IMG/VR virus record: IMGVR_UViG_3300023296_000874
Span: 62,001-126,000 of that record
Length of the DNA stretch: 64,000 nucleotides
Reading direction: 5' to 3' (one strand)
Each line of letters starts with the position of its first letter. The first letter of the stretch is position 1. Of this stretch, positions 60,742-64,000 are shown in pieces. The position numbers and the translations under genes were made by a program. Under the pieces are notes generated by a model. It did not search any database. It was not told where the DNA came from and saw only the letters and a list, made by a program, of their open reading frames with translations.

Positions 60742-63700
60742 TCAGAAATCGTTGCCGTACTCATCGCCCGTGCCGGTGTAGGTCATCTGCACCTGGCCGA
60801 GTGTGAGGTACTCCATCACGAAAGCCTCAATGTCACCCGTGCCGCTCTCGCCATCAACGATGTAGGAAGCCGCCCAGGTGTGGTCCTCAGGCGTTTCTCC
60901 CTTCGGCAAACTCACCAACACGCGGTTCGCTGTCACAATGCCAGCATCCAACAGCAAACCGCCCAGGCCGCAGTCACATACGTCGAAGCCCAAACGTCCA
61001 ACGATCAGAGCGGAGCCGGGGTTGCTCTCCAGCTCGCAGAAGTCGCTCTCAAGCTCAAACAGCGTCATCGGCTGGTCGTCCATGAAGACGCCACGGTGAA
61101 GTGTGTTGGGTCCTCCACCCGTTGAGGTGTTGAAGGTGAGCTGCTGGTTGATGAGCCACACGTCCGCTTCCTGTCCCTCAACTACCTTTGTGGAGTCGGA
61201 GTCCAGAGCGTCACGGAGGATCAGGGAGCCGTCGCTCTTGTGCATCAGGGTGAGTGGGAGCACCACGTAGCTCACCTCATTCACTTCCTCGATGGCGTGG
61301 ATCACATCCGATTGGTGCAGATCCTCTCCAATCTGGAGACGGTTCACGAGGTGGGAGAGGTTGGTGCGGATGTCAATGTCCACGTCCGCCTGATCTGCAT
61401 TGTCCTTGAGCACTACGGTCGCCGAGATCTCCACCTCGTTCTCAATGCTCTGCTTCACCAGCACATCCGCCGTCACATGCCGCATCACGTCCACCTTGGC
61501 GGCTACGAGCTGGAGCACGTTGTTCACGGAGTAGGATACGGTGAAGTTCTCCTCAGCCGTGTAGGCCACAATCACCTTCTCACCGTTGAGAATGGTGCCT
61601 GACTCGTTGCGGGCGATCTTCGGAGCCGTGGTTAGGTCTCCTCCGGTGAGGAACACGTCGGGTGTTGCAGAATCCCCCTGGTCGGTGGTGTAGGTGACGG
61701 TGCCCGCCGTGTTGGTGATCACGATGGTCGTCTCGTCGACGCCTACAGATCCGAGCTTGACGGAGGTGCTGCCTACGAGCACTACACCCTCGTCCGTCAC
61801 CGTGGTCGGGTCGCCTGTGGGAACCCCGTTCGCCTGTACCACGTTGATCTGGTCGCTGGCCTCAACGGAGTAGCCGAACAGGAGTGGGTCTTCGGTCTTG
61901 CTGAGCGAGTAGTTCTCCGTGGTCAACGTGCTTGCAGAGCTTGTGATGCCGGAGATATCTCGGATGGGTTGCACTACGGGCTCGAACGGATCGCTGTCCC
62001 GGTACTTGTAGTCGCCGATGAGGATGTCATCTTCATCCACATCAGGCTGAGGAATGTTCACGTCAAGCTGGATGGTGCGGTAGTCCGTGATCGTCACGCC
62101 GCTCAGGTCAAAGTCCTGTCCCGTAGAAGTGTTCCTCAGCCCGTAGCCCAAGGAAGCATCGTTCAGCATGGCGAAGATCGGAGTGGCCTCGGTCACTGCG
62201 GCAGAAGTCGTCCGGAAGGTCAGGAGCGAGGCCTCGCCCACTGCTTCAAAACGCACGTTGAGGTCTTGGAGGTACTGGAAGGCAAAGGTCTCCTGCACCT
62301 CGATGATTGCCGTGCCCTGGATCCAGAGGTCCACCTTGCCGCCGATGTGCTTCTCACGTACATCGTCCCAGTCCCGCATCATCAGGCTCTCACCCGCTTC
62401 CTCAACACGGGCGCGGTGTACGCCGGAGGTGTCAAGTGCCGTGCGGAGGTAGCCTCCTGAGGTGCCACGGTCCACACTGACGTAGGAGAGCATGGCTCGC
62501 TCAGCGAGACTGAGGTTGCTCTCCTGATCCTGTCCAAAGGTGGTGGCCTCGTTGTTGACGACACTGCTGAACCCGGAGGCTGAGGTAGATGTGATGGCTC
62601 CCGCCGCCACGTTTCCCGTCGCCCCTGCGGTCACGGCAGAGATGGAGACGGTCAGCTCGTAGAAGCCCGTGTTCGCGTTGAAATACGAGCTACCATTGGC
62701 CGCTGACATGGTCTTGCTCGCAGAGGTCACGAAACTCTGCGAGCTGGTGCCCGCAGCGCTATCTCCTCGGCTTGTCAGTGTGGTGCCCGCATCCACAACC
62801 AAGTCCTTACTCGGGGCCGACGTCCGGCGCATGACGGCCTGTCCGATGGCCTTGGTTGCTCCCATACGCTCAGTGAGCGAGTTCATGGCGAGCTTGGTGA
62901 ACGTCTCGTCGATGAGCGTCTGCACCTCAGCTTCGGTCAGAGCTACCGCAAGGGCGAGTGCCTGCTTGTAGTTCGATTCCTTGTAGGCGATGCTGGTGCC
63001 CGTCTGCTGAGGGTCATCGATCTGAATGAGCGTCAGGAAGCTCTGGGCTCGGCTCATGAAGTCGATGAGCAGCCAGATGCGGTTCATCTCCCACGCGGGC
63101 GGGTCTACGTGGATGTCACGGGTCACTGAGCCGGGGCGCACATCGATGTTCGACTGAACCCTGAGGATCTCGGTGATGAGTCCCTGCTGGATGGTGTTCA
63201 GGTTGCGGGGCGTGAGGTCCTTGACCCGCGTGCTCAGCACCAACGGCAGTCCTACAAGCTCACTCGAGAAGGTGCTCTCGTACTCAATGGCCAGGCTTGG
63301 GTCGTAGGCCAATGCCGTAGCGACGTAGTAGATCTCCTGGGTCAGTGCGATAGGGCTGAACAGAGCCTGCGCCGCATCCTGCTGCGGGTAGTCCGTCGCT
63401 GTGGAGTCGTTGGCGCGGACGTGGTTGAAGGCGTACACGTAGAACTTGTTCAGGGTCTGAACGTTGATGCTCGTGTCGATGATGACGTTGCTGTCGTCTG
63501 GGTCCACTTCTCGGTCGGTGGTTTCCACCGTGGACACTACCTTCTCCACCACCTCTTTGTAGTCATCTACGAGGCGGGTGTTGAGCAGTGTGTAGCCCGC
63601 AAGTCCGCCACCCGGCTCGGAAGCTGAGTAGAAGTTGAATCCTACGGTCATCGTGTCGCGCTCTACATCAGCGAGCAGCACGTCCTCAATGTGGGTAGCC

Positions 63701-64000
63701 AGGAACTCCACGCGGTTCGCGTACCGGTCAATCTTGATGCCGGTTGGTGCGTCAATGAGGAACCCAAGGGAGCCGTCAGAGACGTAATGAATGGTGAGCG
63801 TAGCTGCCGTGCTGAGGGAGCCGTCGTACCCTTCCGCCTGGATGAGGAAGACGTTCTGCCCCTCCACAAGCTGCGGGTTCGAGGGAAGTGTCAAGCTCCA
63901 CTCGCCATCTGAGAGTACAATGCCGCCTGTTGACCCTGTCGAACCGGTGGATCCGGTAGAGCCCGTGGTGCCCGTAGTCCCGGTACCTCCGGTTGTACCA
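60742..64000 (-). CDS. baseplate J-like (gp6-like) wedge protein, 5' end outside the window
   Basis: DVRPGSVTRD, R.GAT.A.G, A...G..GNV..G.I, V.N......G.D.ESN..L..R, GGKVDLW; the frame stays open to nt 63999 with G-x-T repeats. Confidence 0.85.
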   Translation of the reverse strand, partial: GTTGGTGTTGTTGSTGSTGSTGSTGGIVLSDGEWSLTLPSNPQLVEGQNVFLIQAEGYDGSLSTAATLTIHYVSDGSLGFLIDAPTGIKIDRYANRVEFLATHIEDVLLADVERDTMTVGFNFYSASEPGGGLAGYTLLNTRLVDDYKEVVEKVVSTVETTDREVDPDDSNVIIDTSINVQTLNKFYVYAFNHVRANDSTATDYPQQDAAQALFSPIALTQEIYYVATALAYDPSLAIEYESTFSSELVGLPLVLSTRVKDLTPRNLNTIQQGLITEILRVQSNIDVRPGSVTRDIHVDPPAWEMNRIWLLIDFMSRAQSFLTLIQIDDPQQTGTSIAYKESNYKQALALAVALTEAEVQTLIDETFTKLAMNSLTERMGATKAIGQAVMRRTSAPSKDLVVDAGTTLTSRGDSAAGTSSQSFVTSASKTMSAANGSSYFNANTGFYELTVSISAVTAGATGNVAAGAITSTSASGFSSVVNNEATTFGQDQESNLSLAERAMLSYVSVDRGTSGGYLRTALDTSGVHRARVEEAGESLMMRDWDDVREKHIGGKVDLWIQGTAIIEVQETFAFQYLQDLNVRFEAVGEASLLTFRTTSAAVTEATPIFAMLNDASLGYGLRNTSTGQDFDLSGVTITDYRTIQLDVNIPQPDVDEDDILIGDYKYRDSDPFEPVVQPIRDISGITSSASTLTTENYSLSKTEDPLLFGYSVEASDQINVVQANGVPTGDPTTVTDEGVVLVGSTSVKLGSVGVDETTIVITNTAGTVTYTTDQGDSATPDVFLTGGDLTTAPKIARNESGTILNGEKVIVAYTAEENFTVSYSVNNVLQLVAAKVDVMRHVTADVLVKQSIENEVEISATVVLKDNADQADVDIDIRTNLSHLVNRLQIGEDLHQSDVIHAIEEVNEVSYVVLPLTLMHKSDGSLILRDALDSDSTKVVEGQEADVWLINQQLTFNTSTGGGPNTLHRGVFMDDQPMTLFELESDFCELESNPGSALIVGRLGFDVCDCGLGGLLLDAGIVTANRVLVSLPKGETPEDHTWAASYIVDGESGTGDIEAFVMEYLTLGQVQMTYTGTGDEYGNDF

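Noticed and set aside
1-64000. CRISPR array, integrase, transposase, rRNA, canonical tRNA
   Set aside because: No regularly spaced repeats or recognisable motifs were seen by eye.
1-64000. Stop-codon reassignment as in some jumbo phages
   Set aside because: Conserved genes (topA, polA, phoH, clpP) are full length in code 11, and TAG, TGA and TAA all serve as true stops.

Overview
The window is a 64-kb, GC-rich, gene-dense segment of a large (jumbo-type) tailed phage, probably a myovirus of a diderm host. It uses the standard code and most genes lie on the minus strand. From left to right it carries: (1) an NAD/ADP-ribose-linked cluster (NrtR-like dead-Nudix regulator, nicotinamidase, ClpP, DUF3228, SPFH, NAD-kinase-like); (2) a coupled operon of RmlA, a fold-II PLP enzyme, two DUF2156 (aa-tRNA-dependent GNAT-like) proteins, a SAM methyltransferase and a T5orf172 nuclease, which is a candidate new hypermodification pathway; (3) late genes whose products share an N-terminal S-x-x-I-x-x-L-x-R-x-x-A leader (candidate capsid-targeting/propeptide signal); (4) a ~350-nt structured non-coding region with its own promoter; (5) replication genes (TopA, HU, PolA, primase Zn finger, DnaB, DnaC-like, SNF2) and a DUF2997-DUF1257-Ycf46 AAA triad; (6) PIN-PhoH, lysis genes and tail/baseplate genes, interrupted by a plus-strand accessory island (2H phosphoesterase, CNNM/CBS, radical SAM). 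Two promoter-like motif families were read directly from the DNA: TCT(G/A)A(G/C)T-N16-CGTT (11 copies, ECF-like, four overlapped by RBS-sequestering hairpins) and a 17-bp TCATAATCCGTTTGTAG-like motif (6 copies, upstream of virion genes and the RmlA operon). All protein family calls come from motif recognition by eye, not database searches.
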